In this document: positions 25,482-38,480 of the stretch, piece after piece
Numbering within the stretch: the first letter of the stretch is position 1
Layout: each line of letters begins with the position of its first letter
Source of the DNA: Octopus vulgaris
Lineage: Eukaryota
Direction of reading: 5' to 3'
DNA length: 64,000 nt
NCBI GenBank assembly: GCA_951406725.2
Contig: OX597822.1
Location: 103,850,001-103,914,000 of the forward strand
Position numbers and translations under genes: made by a program
Notes under the pieces: model-generated
The model's database searches: none
The model's input: the letters and a program-made list of their open reading frames with translations, nothing else
Told to the model about the DNA's origin: nothing

Positions 25482-25896
25482 TTACTCTTTTACTCTTTTA
25501 CTTGTTTCAGTCATTTGACTGTGGCCATGCTGGAGCACTGCCTTTAGTCAAGCAAATCGACCCCAGGACTTATTCTTTAGAAGCCTAGTACTTATTCTAT
25601 TGGTCTCTTTTGCCGAACCGCAAATTTACGGGGATGTAAACACACCAGCATCGGTTGTCAAGCAATGCTAGAGGGACAAATACAGACATACAAACAAATA
25701 CACACACACATAATACATATATACATATATACGACGGGCTTCTTTCAGTTTCCGCCTACCAAACTCACTTACAAGGCTTTGGTCGGCCCGAGGCTATAGT
25801 AGAAGACACTTGCCCAAAGTGCCACGCAATGGGAATGAACCCGGAAACATGTGGTTGGTAAGCAAGCTACTTACCACACAGCCACTCCTATGCCTA
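25482..25896 (-). mobile_element. SINE D
   Basis: Full-length match to 3764-4185. Confidence 0.9.
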
Positions 25897-28800
25897 TTAG
25901 TAAGTTTTAATCTTAAATTTCAGCATTCTTCCAGATTCAATACTCTGATAAATCAGCCTCCATAATGTTCACACTCGTTTCAGGTGTTCATCAACTCCTT
26001 AGTTAGCTACATGGAATCCCGCCCCCAGAGATGAATACTAACTATTTTGCACACTCTTGACCTAGGATATATCTTAATGCAAAAGTACTTGATGTTTTGC
26101 TATCAATAGTTGATATGCCTTTCTTTCTTAACTTCCATATTTTTAGTACATACACTGTGTTAACTTTGTAGTAGTATTCGGGTAAACTTAAATTTATAAA
26201 GTACTGGGACCTGTTCGGCGCAACTTTATAACGGCATAGCGTTATTTAATGAATCTTGTTTCACGAAAATAAGATCCCTTTTTGTTGAGGTGATTACATT
26301 CATTTATTTATTAGGTTTGCTGTCCTTTTAATAAAATGCAAATTTTACTATTTTAAAATTCCATTTCATACCTTGGAAACTTTTGGTCCTTTTTTGCGCT
26401 TCTGGAATCTCGATAACACTCGACTTCCTACACCCAGAATCAGAGACTTGTTTTTCATGGAGAAAGCTTTTACAGCTTTTAAAAGTAGATTTGAATCTTT
26501 CTGTCGTCGTTGGAAAAAAAATTGGAGAAAATAGAGATCTTATTCTCTTGGTTTGCAATGATTGATTTATTCAAATTTTTTACACTGATGTAGACTTGCA
26601 TAGTGATTAGGAAAATCAGATCCATTAATTTTTATACAAATTAATAACTAAAAGTTAAACGTCTAAAATTTTGGTTAATTTCAGCCAATAAGAAATTTCC
26701 AAATTGTAACTTTCGGCATGTCGATTCAAAAGCTTCTGATTAGCTAAAAGAAAAAAACACGAACGAGTAAAACTTTCAGACTTAAAGTGCTTTTTGTGTG
26801 AAAATGTGTGTGACTTTCATAATTAGCATGCAATGTTATATTCGTAGAAAAAAACGTGAACTAGATTGAACACTGAGAACGTTCAATTTCAAAGATAAAT
26901 TCTAATTCAGGGATGTCTTAAATGAAATTATGAATTCTATGTAATTTACAGAAACATTAATACAATAATTAGTTAAATGTTATTGTCGCCTTCATTATTA
27001 CATATCCTACATTACTTAATCACATAATCCTCGAATATATTTAAATTTAATAAAAATACTAACATGACTTAAGATGCTGAAGTTAAAATATTATAAATTC
27101 TATGTAATTTACGAAAATATTAATTACGCTGGCAGAAGTATGAAAATTTACAGAATGTATAATTAACATTCATTATATGATTAAAACTGTATATTTTTTA
27201 TCAATGGCAGATAAGATAAATGAAAAGCATCGAAGTCGACTTTGATGTTGCATCTATATGCTGTAAACTATTTGGGTCGGCACTCTGCCAATTCGGACAC
27301 CTACTGCTTTTAGTTTACTGGAAAACTAACGATTCTATATGAAAGAGACATCAAAACAATAACCATAAACAACATGCATCTATGATTATATCTTATAAAT
27401 TACATCTAACTATACAAAAATTACATATAATTATATATAAATTATTTGGATAGTCATCTACATGTACTTCACGTATAAACACTAATGACAGGCAAAATAC
27501 TGTGGTTTTCGTCCGCGATAAAATCTCAGAGACATGCTACATTAAAAATATAATGTTTTATAACAGAGAGACAAAAAATCGTCTGCTAGTGAGAACGTTG
27601 GATACATTTCAACCTTTTGAGCTTTGTCAATGGCGTCTTTTCGCACCTATATCACTAAAAGAGGTTTGACCCGATTTATGGGAAACAATGAACAATACAT
27701 TCACTGATATTGCGAATAGTTACCGGGTTGAATAAAAACTCGGCGTTCAGAATTGAAGCAGTATTATTCGTGGTTTCCGATATATCGAGAAGACAATCTT
27801 CGTGTAGATATATGGCGGCGAGTACAAGCCATTGACAAGGACTAAAAGGCCGAAACGCATCTGGCGTTCCTGGTAGCTGCAGCCAGGACGATTTTTTGTC
27901 TCCCTCTGTTCTAAACTGTGTCCGCAAGCGATGGTCTTTTTGGGGGCGAAAGCCATAATATCGTGCATGTCAACAGTGTTTATAATTTAAATATACATAG
28001 ACGGCTATCTTAATTTAATGCTGTTTAATTTTCGTACACTGGAAATTAGTTGGAGCTTCTTGTAATTCATTAAAATAACGCCTAAAAGGACTACATCAAG
28101 GAGTGATTATTCGTTTATTTTCCTGACTTCCATACACAGACTGGTGTTTGAAATGCATCTATCTTAAAAATATCAGCTTTCACTTCAGAATGCACCTGCT
28201 TGTTGTTTATGCATTGCAGATACTTCAGTACTCCAAGGAATTAATAATTCCTTAAGAAATTCCTTATTGAACTTTATTTAGAAATATAACTCATCTGTCT
28301 TAGATAATGCTATTTTTAATTTTTATACTTATCTCGGTGCAGCTACGTTCTTAGAGCAAACACAGCACAAGATGTTATGAAGATAGTTAAACCGATTTTG
28401 TTTTGTATTGAGAATATCGAAGGGTGTTAAAATGCTGTAGATTCATGAATATAGTCACTATTAAAGTTTAATATCTATGAAAAGTGTTTCTTTCATATTT
28501 TGTTAATCAATATTCATTCTTTCATTTTGGATGAACTGAATAAACTTATTAAAGACAAAAGTTTGTCAAGTTGTGTTTTATTAGAAAGAGAACAAAATCA
28601 AAAATTGAAAAGGTGAACTTTCGGTCTAAATATTTACAAGCTTCTTGACGATAATTAACTTATGTAATGATAAATGTATTGTAAAAATGAAATAACAACT
28701 ACACCCGCACGTAATGAACAGGCGTGAAGTGGTAGATTTAGAGGTAGATATCTACAGTAAGCTACTGAAAAGTTACTCAGAGGATTCTGCACTTATCGAT

Positions 28801-29959
28801 TCTTCGTGTAGCTTACTATTATTTTAATCTTATGGAAATCTACAAAGAAGATATCCGTTACAGCAGAAGACATTTTAATCTCAGGATGTAGATGAAAGAA
28901 GATATAATGTATTTTGTACTGCATCACAATTTCGGCCAAAAGCTGCATCATAGGCTTAGGAATTTGTTTGTGTTGAATGAAAACCAAAATATACGTTGAA
29001 TATAGAGTGGAAAATATGTTAGTGACAAAAGGAATCGGCATTAGTCAGAAAATAAAATCCTGCCACGTCATCAGTTTACAGGGAAACTACAGCTTCTGTA
29101 TAACAGCAATATTGCATTGATAAGATCCTATACAAAACATGTATATATATATGATATATTTCAATTATATAGATGTGAGAGAAAATACTAAAATAAAATA
29201 CAGGGTGTGAAAGATATTCAAAATATAGATTGATAACAAATGGAAATTTGAGAACGTGTAGGTGGAATATTATATCTTTTTTGCAAATGATTCTATGGTT
29301 TATATTTCGTGTTAGATATTATCAGCAATTTTAATCTTTCAGCATCAGCGAATGATATAATCAAATAATAGCTTTCATACTTAACCTAAAATATGTAACC
29401 CTAAGAAATAAGCTAAGTTCAAAATATTTTAGTTTCACCTATGAATACATACCTTGATATCGTTACTAAGTATATAATATATTGTAAAGGTAACCTATAG
29501 TTTATTCTATTGTTCACTTTACCATTCTTTCTTACTTTGATTCTTTATTTTAGTTCGCATGTAAACCCGTTACAAAGACATTAATTAGTATGAAATTAAT
29601 AATAATGTACATATTGTCTGTTTATTGATACAAAAATAATGAATCAGATTAGGAGTCGAAAATAATTAATTCCTTCGTAGTGGAAGATCATATAATCAGC
29701 TATAAATAATGTGTTTCTTTTTACTACGTTAAGGACATCGGGTTTTGTTCGAACTGTCGTGTTTTAAAAGATAATTAAAGTTTCAAATGAGAATTATTTC
29801 TAAAATGTAATACGTTTCAAATGACAATTGGTCTTTGTTCCTTTTAAAAGATGAGGATAAAAGAGATAAAAAGCTTTCACATCTCTGAGAATAAGTATAA
29901 AATTTATGATCAAACTCTAGATTATGGTTTCTAAGACAAAACATCTCGAGGATTGAGTC

Positions 29960-30502
29960 ACCCCAGAGGGCACTCACTAAACGAATTGAAGGCATGGCTG
30001 CTCTCGATTATTGGGATCGCCTTAAAACCTTGAAACTTTACTCTCTCCAGCGTCGCCGTGAGCGGTACATCATTTGTACGATGTGGAGAATATACCGCCA
30101 ACTTTGCCCAAACGACCTGAACATTAGCTTCAAGGTTCATCCAAGACTGGGACCACGGGCCATACGTCCCCTGTCCAATTCAAGATCACAGCATACATGT
30201 ACACTGCAACATAATTTCTTTTCCTCAACAGGCCCTGCCCTATTTAACATTGTCCCGAAAGAGATCAAAGAGGAAAAGGATCCCATCAACTTTAAACAGA
30301 GTCTGGATCGATTCCTTCAGAGAATACCAGATAATCCACCCATAATTGGATACAACTCACCCAACAAGAACTCACTACTTGAATGGACCATAAACAAAAC
30401 TTGACTTAAACAGGATTCGAATAATCCTATCAGGTGGTGCTATTAAGTTAGACATGGCCTGGACCAATCTTTGGTCGAAACATATCTAAGTTTATCTAAG
30501 TT
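29960..30502 (+). mobile_element. 5'-truncated CR1-type LINE (ORF2 C-terminus and 3' UTR)
   Basis: LDYWDRLKTLKLYSLQRRRERYII..W....GPALFN..P...FKQSLDRFL..IPD; 3' stem-loop and (ATCTAAGTTT)2 tail. Confidence 0.9.
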
Positions 30503-30518
30503 TATATATATATATATA

Positions 30519-30880
30519 TCTCTATATAAACGGCAGTTTGTCTGTGCGTGTTTCTGTGTGTCTGTTTGCTTGTACCCTCACCCTGACCACGGCTTTCAAC
30601 CGATTCTGATGAAACTTGACACACACATAGCCCAATGTCATAATTCAAAACTAACGCAGCGAAAATTTTGAAAAGTTCACCCAGTTCTGAAAAATATCGC
30701 TAAATTCGACATGGGGTCGAGAATCAGAAACACAAACCACAAACTGTCTAGGGGACGCAACTCCACCTTTTTTAACTCTCAAAACTTCCATTTTTTTGCT
30801 ATTTTTTGGCTATAACTCTCTACAAATGCTTTATAGTTATTTCCCTTACAAACCTGAGCAACGCCGGGCGATACTGCTAG
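30519..30880 (+). mobile_element. Non-autonomous Helitron
   Basis: A|TCTCTATATAAACGG ... CCTGAGCAACGCCGGG CGATACTGCTAG|T. Confidence 0.88.
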
Positions 30881-31389
30881 TATATATATATAGAGATAGA
30901 TATATATATAGATATATAGATAGATATATAGATATATAGATATAGATGTATAGATATATAGATATAATTACTATTATTATTATTTAAACTGGTCGTGTGC
31001 ACAGTGCATATATAAGTATGAGGTATATGTGCATTCATGTGTGTGCACGTGCGTGTATGTGTGCGCGTGTGTATATATATATGTACGTGTGTGTATGTAT
31101 GTTTGCGTGTATACAGAAATAAAATAAAATGTAAAATAAGATTGAAAAATAGGGAAAGAACGGAGGGAAGCGTGCACGATGAAAAAATAGCAGATACAAG
31201 ATAAAAAATAAAAAATAAATAAATAAATAATTGGTGGGCGTATGCATTTGTACATAAATACATACATAGAAGACTATCCTGTTGACGTTGTCTAAAATCC
31301 AATGAATGCATGAAAGATGTTTCTAGGTTAAAAGCTAGTATTTTCTCCGTTGATGATAAATTCGGAAAATAAGACTAAGAAAACATACA

Positions 31390-31555
31390 TAGGCGTAGGA
31401 GTGGCCGTGTGGTAAGTAGCTTGTTTACCAACCACATGGTTTCCAGGTTCAGTCCCACTGCGTGGCACCTTCGCCAAGTGTCTTCTACTATAGCATCGAG
31501 TCGACCAAAGCCTTGTGAGTGGATTTGGTAGACGGAAACTGAAAGAAGCCCGTCG

Positions 31556-31586
<31 letters not shown>

Positions 31587-31806
31587 GTGTGTGTGTGTGT
31601 ATGTTTGTGTGTCTGTGTTTTTTTCCCCCCAACATCGCTTGGCAACCGACGCTGGTGTGTTTACATCGCTGCAACTTAGCGGTTCGGCAAAAGAGACCGA
31701 TAGAATAAGTACTGGGCTTACAAAGAATAAGTCCTGGGGTCGATTTGCTCGATTAAAGGCGGTGCTCCAGCATGGCCACAGTCAACTGACGGAAACAAGT
31801 AAAAGG
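31390..31806 (+). mobile_element. SINE D
   Basis: Full-length copy. Confidence 0.9.
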
Positions 31807-31996
31807 GTATGGGGATTGCTTCATCTTCACAGATGATTGCCGTCTCCTTGTGCCTCCTTGTGAACGGCATTACTGATATTCTGTCTATGATCTCTCATAT
31901 GACTTCTCCGACCCGCTGCGGATTTGCATAGTTTGAAATTTAGAGACAGACGGAAGTTGCAACTTACCATTCACTTCTAACTGGTTAGGTCTGCAC

Positions 31997-32223
31997 GGTG
32001 AGCTGGCAGAAACGTTAGCACGCCGGGCGAAATGCTTAGCGGTATTTCGTCTGCGTTACGTTGTGAGTTCAAATTCCGCCGAGGTCGACTTTGCCTTTCA
32101 TCCTTTCGGGGTCGATAAATTAAGTACCAGTTACGCACTGGGGTCGATGTAATCGACTTAATACCTATGTCTGTCCTTGTTTGTCCCCTCTGTGTTTAGC
32201 CCCTTGTGGGTAATAAAGAAATA
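31997..32223 (+). mobile_element. SINE C (young, Tx1-like tail)
   Basis: 14-bp TSD GGTTAGGTCTGCAC at 31983-31996 and 32224-32237. Confidence 0.93.
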
Positions 32224-33146
32224 GGTTAGGTCTGCACGTGTTGTCTTTCTTCTGTAACCATTGGACTTTCCGTAGATGGCATGACGAATAAGGATAGCCA
32301 TGAAAAGACATCTGTTCATCATTAGATTATAGGAATAAACGCTTGTACAACACCAGTACCAGTATCGGAGTCTCTGTGATTAGTACCTAGTGACAGGCCT
32401 AAGTGAGATGACAAGTAACCACGTAAAACCGCAGGTTTTATATTAGTGTGTTTCACTCCTCTAAAGAATGCTGTGGTAACAGTCAGGATTCTCGCTTTTA
32501 GTGGTTTTGGTGCGTGCCCTGACATTAACCAAGAGTATTTCTGAGAAGTGGTTCCTTTTAATCCTTATTGTTCCAAGGTCTGTTCTAAGCCGGAGTATTA
32601 GCCTCTGTCAGGGTCCCACCTATTGTTTGATTGACATATGCGATGACACTCCATTTGAGTACCTGGGCACAGAAATACCCTTGATTGGTGTCAGGGTACG
32701 CAGTAAAGTCTCTAGAAGTGTGGGACACCTTGGTGTTGATTATGTCCTGGGTATAACTTTAAACAACATCCCGTAAAGGGACTCTGGTTCGGAAATCCCG
32801 GGGTTTTGAGGAGTGTAGAAAACATACATAAATATATACGTATATGCATGTATTATACATGCAGATATATAAACAGCGGGATTCATAAGCATATATTTTA
32901 ATGATGTCAGGCGCGTAGAAGCAAATACTGTAGCATTAAAATAAAACATAAAAATAAAGATAAAAGAGACAAGTAGCATGAAACCCCAAGAAAAAAAAAC
33001 AGAAACAAATTGTAAATATTCGAGGTAAGTTGAATATCACTAATATACCAAAATAGAAGACATGTTTTAAATAAAAAAAATTGTCTAAGAGTAAAAAGAA
33101 CATGGAGGAAGGAAGAACAAATTATGCCAAATTGAATAATCACCTA

Positions 33147-33892
33147 ATGTATGTATGTATGTATGTATGTATGTATGTATGTATGTATGTATGTATGTAT
33201 GTATGTATGTATGTGTGTATGTATGTATGTATGTATGTATGTATGTATGTATGTATGTATGTATGTATGTATGTATGTATGTGTGTATGTGTGTATGAAT
33301 GTATGTATGTATGTGTGTATGTATGCATGTATGTATGAAGGTATGCATGAATGTATGTATGTATGTGTGTATGTATGTATGTATGTGTGTATGTATGTAT
33401 GTATGTATATATGTATGTATGTATGCATGTATGTATGTGTGTATGTATGTATGTATGTATGTATGTATGTATGTATGTGTTTATGTATGCATGTGTGTAT
33501 GTATGCATGTTTGTATGTATGTATGTGTTTATGTATGCGTGTTTGTATGTATGTATGTATGTGTGTATGAATGTATGTATGTATGTATGTATGTATGTAT
33601 GTATGTACGTATGTATGAATATATGAATGCATGTATGTATGTATGTATGTGTGTGTGTGTGTATGTATGTATGTACGTATGTACGTATGTATGAATGTAT
33701 GAATGCATGTATGTATGTATGTATGTATGTGTGTGTGTATGTATGTATGTATGTACGTATGTATGTATGTATGTATGTATGTATGTATGTATGTATGTAT
33801 GTATGTATGTATGTATGTATGTATGTATACATGCATACATGCACACACGTATGTATTCATACATGAATGTATGTATGTATATCTGTATGTAT
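33147..33892. repeat. Long (TGTA)n microsatellite
   Basis: Directly visible; source of the MYVC and HTYI ORFs. Confidence 0.98.
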
Positions 33893-34579
33893 ATCATATT
33901 ATATTATATTGTATCACAATATATGCGCAAGAGATATGCCTGTCATGTGACAATAATTTTTGGAAGGATATTTTTGCCACCACGAGTATTATCACGAAAT
34001 ATGTTTCAACCGATAATTATATTTAAGATTTTGGCAAATTACTTGGTTCTGATGCAAAATGAAGAAATTGAAAATAATTTCAAAAAAAAAAAAAATACTA
34101 TTATCTTAAAATGAAATAAAATAAAGCACATTTCTCGCTTCTGTATTTGAAACAAAAATATGCTATCATTTCTCTAAATTTTATCTACGTAATATAAATC
34201 TAATCTATCGAAAACCTATATCTGTTAAATTTCATTAAAAAAATGTGAATTTTTCAGAACGGTATAAGCCACTTATCTTGCACCTCTTATGCTTATTCAG
34301 TCTCTTTCTTATATACTAACTCAAAGCGATCTAAAACTTTAGTATGGAAAACAGTCAACCAGCCGACCAGACCAACCAACCAGCCAGCCAGACAGTCAGC
34401 CAGCCAGCCAACCAACCAACCAACCGACCAACCAACAACTGCTTGGCATGCTCTCAGCACATGACATTAATAGTATCACATAACAACATGTATTGTATTA
34501 TTAAATAATATTTATCTCTCAGTAAATGGAATATTTTTTGCTTTCTTACCATCACAGAGCAATACACTATATATATATA

Positions 34580-35548
34580 TCATCATAATCATAATCGTTT
34601 AATGTACGCTTTCCATGCTAGCATGTGTTGGACGATTTGACTGATGTCTGGCGAACCAGATGGCTGCACCAGGCTCCAATCTTGATCTGGTAGAGTTTCT
34701 ACAGATCGATGCCCTTCCTAACGCCAACCACTCCGAGAGTGTAGTGGGTGCTTTTACATGCCATCGGCACGACGGCCAGTCAGGCGGTACTGGCATCGGC
34801 CACGCTCAAATAGTGTTTTTTACGTGCCACCTGCACAAAAGCCAGTCGAGCGGCACTGGCAACGATCTCGCTCGAATGTTTGTTCACGTGCCAGTAACGC
34901 GATGCTGGTAACGATCACGCACGAATGGTGGTTTTTACGTGCCACCGGCATAGAAGCCAGTTAGCTGCCCTGGCGACGATCACGCTCGGATGGTTCTCTT
35001 AGCGCTCCACTAGCACGGATGCTAGTCATCGAATTTTTCGATTTCACTTCCCGCAACAGGTCTTCACAAGTAGAGTTTAGCGTCCAATGAAGGAAAGGTA
35101 CGCATAAGTGGGCTGGTTATACCCCTGGCATAGGCCGCGAGGTTATGGTCTCACTTGGCTTGCCGGGTCTTCTCATGCACAGCACATTTCCAAAGGCCTC
35201 GGTTACTAGTCATTGCCTCGGTGAGGCCTAATATTGGAAGGTCGTGCTTCACCACTTCATCCCAGGTTTTCTTGGGTCTACCTCTTCCACAGGTTCCCTC
35301 AACCGCTAGGGTGTGGCACTATTTTACACAACTATCCTCATCCATTCTCGCCACATGACCATACCAGCGCAGTCGTCTCTCTTGCACACCACATCTGATG
35401 CTTCTTAGATGCAACTTTCCTCTCAAGGTACTTACACTCTGTCGAGTATGTACACTGACATTACACATCCATCGGAGTATACTGGCGTCATTCCTTGAGA
35501 GCTTACGCTTGTCCTCAGCAGTCATGGCCCATGTTTCACTGCATGGCT
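34580..35548 (-). mobile_element. 5'-truncated RTE-clade LINE with internal ~55-65-bp repeats in the 3' UTR
   Basis: SETWAMTAED..KL.RNDASILRWMCNVS...VQERRLRWYGHVARMDEDSCVK; TTTTACGTGCCACC repeats at 34750-34950; (ATG)n-type tail. Confidence 0.88.
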
Positions 35549-35698
35549 GTTCGTACACATGTGTCAAGGAATTAGGCGCTATAGAAAACCATAAAGGAAA
35601 AAATGAATCGTCGTTAATCGTGACTGGGGGTGCTGAATAGCACCTATATTGCAAGAGATATGAGTGAAAACTCTTCGAACTGCATGAAGCACGCAATA

Positions 35699-36202
35699 TC
35701 TATATATATAAAACTGTAGTTGTGTGAGTGTCTGTTCCCTTCGATTTAGATTCCTAACTACTCCCACATTTTGCGGTGCAGTTTAACCAAATTCGGGTAT
35801 CTTATAGTCGTGATTGATATCGAGCCCGTCTGAGTATTAGCGCGCGTCTACGATGAGTCTACGATTTTAAAAATAATTTAACATCATTTTTTATTCCATT
35901 TTAATGCATAATTTTTCGTTTGTCGATGGCGGCGGAGTTGGCGTCCATGGTCACACCTGCACCTGTTTGCTTCTCCCCTCCCTCGTGAAGCTGTGGGGAA
36001 GGGAGTGTAAGGAAATCAACGTCGTAAAGCGTTGTCAAGGAGACCAGCGTTCTTTTAGAACAACGACTTCATGGCTTGAAGACACCAAAACAGAAATGGC
36101 TAAGAAAGCCCGAATTGGCATCTATAAGGGAAGTAACTCACTAAAAATGCTTATATAGTTATTTCCCTTACAAACCCGAGCAACGCCGGGCGATACTGCT
36201 AG
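35699..36202 (+). mobile_element. Non-autonomous Helitron
   Basis: A|TCTATATATATAAAAC ... CCCGAGCAACGCCGGG CGATACTGCTAG|T; related to 57965-58365. Confidence 0.9.
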
Positions 36203-37183
36203 TATCTATATAAACACAGACAGGGGAGATAAGCGCCCCATGAACGAAGAGAGGAGCACTGGACTAGACTTGTAGGATCAGCAGCAGAAATAACCGTGAC
36301 GATTTAATTTTTCCTTTATGGGGTTATATTGCAGCTAGTTGCTTATCTTAACCTTTAATATACACATTAGCATTTCGTTAAATCAGCCATGAATTTATAT
36401 GGTAAATATATATATTGGCAGATCAATTTAGCCAAACCAGCTGAGCGATGGAGTAAGCATTGCTCACGAGTGTACAACTGATAGACGAAACTAGTCAAGT
36501 AAAAGAGTGTTCTGGCTTCGTTCATGGTGTGGTCATCACTCTTTCTGTCAGTGTATATATATTGTGTGCTTCGTGCAGCATTAAAAGTTTTAACACTTAT
36601 TTTTTGCAATAAAGGTATTGTAGAGTACCTTTAGTCACAACTAGTGACGATTAAATTTTTCCTATGTATATATATATAAGTATATATATATATAATATAT
36701 AATATTTTACTATAAAATTGGATTCAATCCTAAATCTGATTTTTCCCTGTAAATTTGGATTTATTCCCTAATATTTATTATCATATATATATATATATAT
36801 ATGTATTTAAAAAAGGAGATGTGGAACACGAGTTGTAATATATAAAAAAAGAAATGAAGAAAATGGTGACAAAATAATTTAAGTAATTTAAGTAATTTAA
36901 TTAGGTGAAAGTTCTTTTTACCGGTTGCGCATTTGTTATGCTTATCAAAAGATGTTTTTTTAAGAGAGATAGAGTTACTTTCTGATAGATTTTTTCCTCT
37001 TATTTCCTCTTATATATATATATATATATATAATATCTATATCTATATCTATATATCTATCTATCTATCTATATATATATATATCAGTAATAATAAAAGG
37101 GTGAAATTAATTAATTAGGGATAATTATCAATTACACCAAGTAGATTTCGGTATGTAAAAGCCCCATTCGGGGAAAATTTAAG

Positions 37184-37432
37184 TAATACTAAGTAATTAA
37201 GGGTTTAGCAACGAATTGCCTCACCAACACACCGAATTTAGAAATAGCAGTCAAAGAGATATAGCTATTCCTTCTACTAAAAGGGGGATCTCAGTAAAAA
37301 CACAGCACTTAAGTGCTGTGTTTTTACTGAGATCCCCCTTTTAGTAGAAGGAATAGCTATATCTCTTTGACTGCTATTTCTAAATTCGGTGTGTTGGTGA
37401 GGCAATTCGTTGCTAAACCCTTAATTACTTAG

Positions 37433-37437
<5 letters not shown>
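37184..37437. repeat. Perfect spacerless palindrome (127-bp arms)
   Basis: Centre CACAGCACTT|AAGTGCTGTG at 37310/37311; arms are the same family as the ends of 37802-38646. Confidence 0.95.
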
Positions 37438-37481
<44 letters not shown>

Positions 37482-37984
37482 TATAAACATATATATTTGC
37501 ACAATAAGCTATGCACCATATGCAAAGCTATTCAAGAAACAGTCTTTATGTATTATAAACAGAGATTTTATGCATTATTTCTTAATCCTTTATTTACTCT
37601 AACAACTCTGCAATTCTGCTTAAATTATGTTCACTCTTGAACCACTTTGCTAGGTAGCTAAAACACCACATTTGTTTTGGTAGTAGTTCAAATGGGAGTT
37701 TTAGTGACCAGCCAACACGAGGACTTATCGTACGTATATATTACATTATGCCATCAGATGGAATACATACACGCACATGTGGCTGCATGTTAAGTAACTT
37801 GGTAATTAAGGGTTTAGCAACGATTTGCCTCACCACACACCGAATTTAGAAATAGCAGTCAAAGAGTTATAGCTATTCTTTCTACTAAAAGCGAGATCTC
37901 AGTAAAACCACAGCACTTGAAAGACAAACACAAACAGGCAAGAGAGGAAGAAATGACGGCAATCTATCAAACAATTTTAAGTCA

Positions 37985-38075
37985 CCTACGGACGTACGTT
38001 TCGAGATTAAGTTTTAGGAAAGCATAAGAATTAGATAATCATGTCTTACCCAACTTCTTCTCTCATCAGCGTAGG
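37985..38075 (-). ncRNA. Type I hammerhead ribozyme
   Basis: Reverse complement of 38390-38480. Confidence 0.85.
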
Positions 38076-38389
38076 ACACTACAATTATGAATAATTGTAT
38101 ATTAAATTTCGAGATACTAGAAGGCATCATCTCAACACAGTATCAGAGCGAGCTAAAACCGTTACCAGTATCACTAAATTCAAACTGATAACCATATTTC
38201 ATCCCAGTAATTGACCGTAACATCTTGTCTTGGCTACACGCGGGTGGGAAGGGGCTGCTGACACAAACTTTCATTCACACTTTGAATTTAGTGATACTGG
38301 TAACGGTTTTAGCTCGCTCTGATACTGAGTTGAGATGATGCCTTCTAGTATCTCGAAATTTAATATACAATTATTCATAATTGTAGTGT

Positions 38390-38480
38390 CCTACGCTGAT
38401 GAGAGAAGAAGTTGGGTAAGACATGATTATCTAATTCTTATGCTTTCCTAAAACTTAATCTCGAAACGTACGTCCGTAGG
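38390..38480 (+). ncRNA. Type I hammerhead ribozyme
   Basis: CCUACG-CUGAUGA-GAGA[52 nt]UCUC-GAAA-CGUACG-UC-CGUAGG: perfect 6-bp stem I, canonical core, GUC cleavage triplet, palindromic stem III. Confidence 0.85.

Noticed and set aside
27676-27968. Two short minus-strand ORFs in the repeat-free island
   Set aside because: No recognisable domain or splice context; lengths are expected by chance.
30447-30490. GACC..GGTC-GAAAC stem resembling half a hammerhead
   Set aside because: No CUGANGA upstream; it is the 3' UTR stem-loop of the CR1 fragment.
31810-32810. Possible LINE ORF1/gag remnant on the minus strand
   Set aside because: Only a doubtful, frameshifted zinc-knuckle resemblance; cannot be supported without a search.
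33081-34114. Long ORFs up to 238 aa (MYVC/HTYI repeats), and similar YLSI, YI and poly-I/N/Y ORFs elsewhere
   Set aside because: Translations of microsatellites, open in several frames on both strands.
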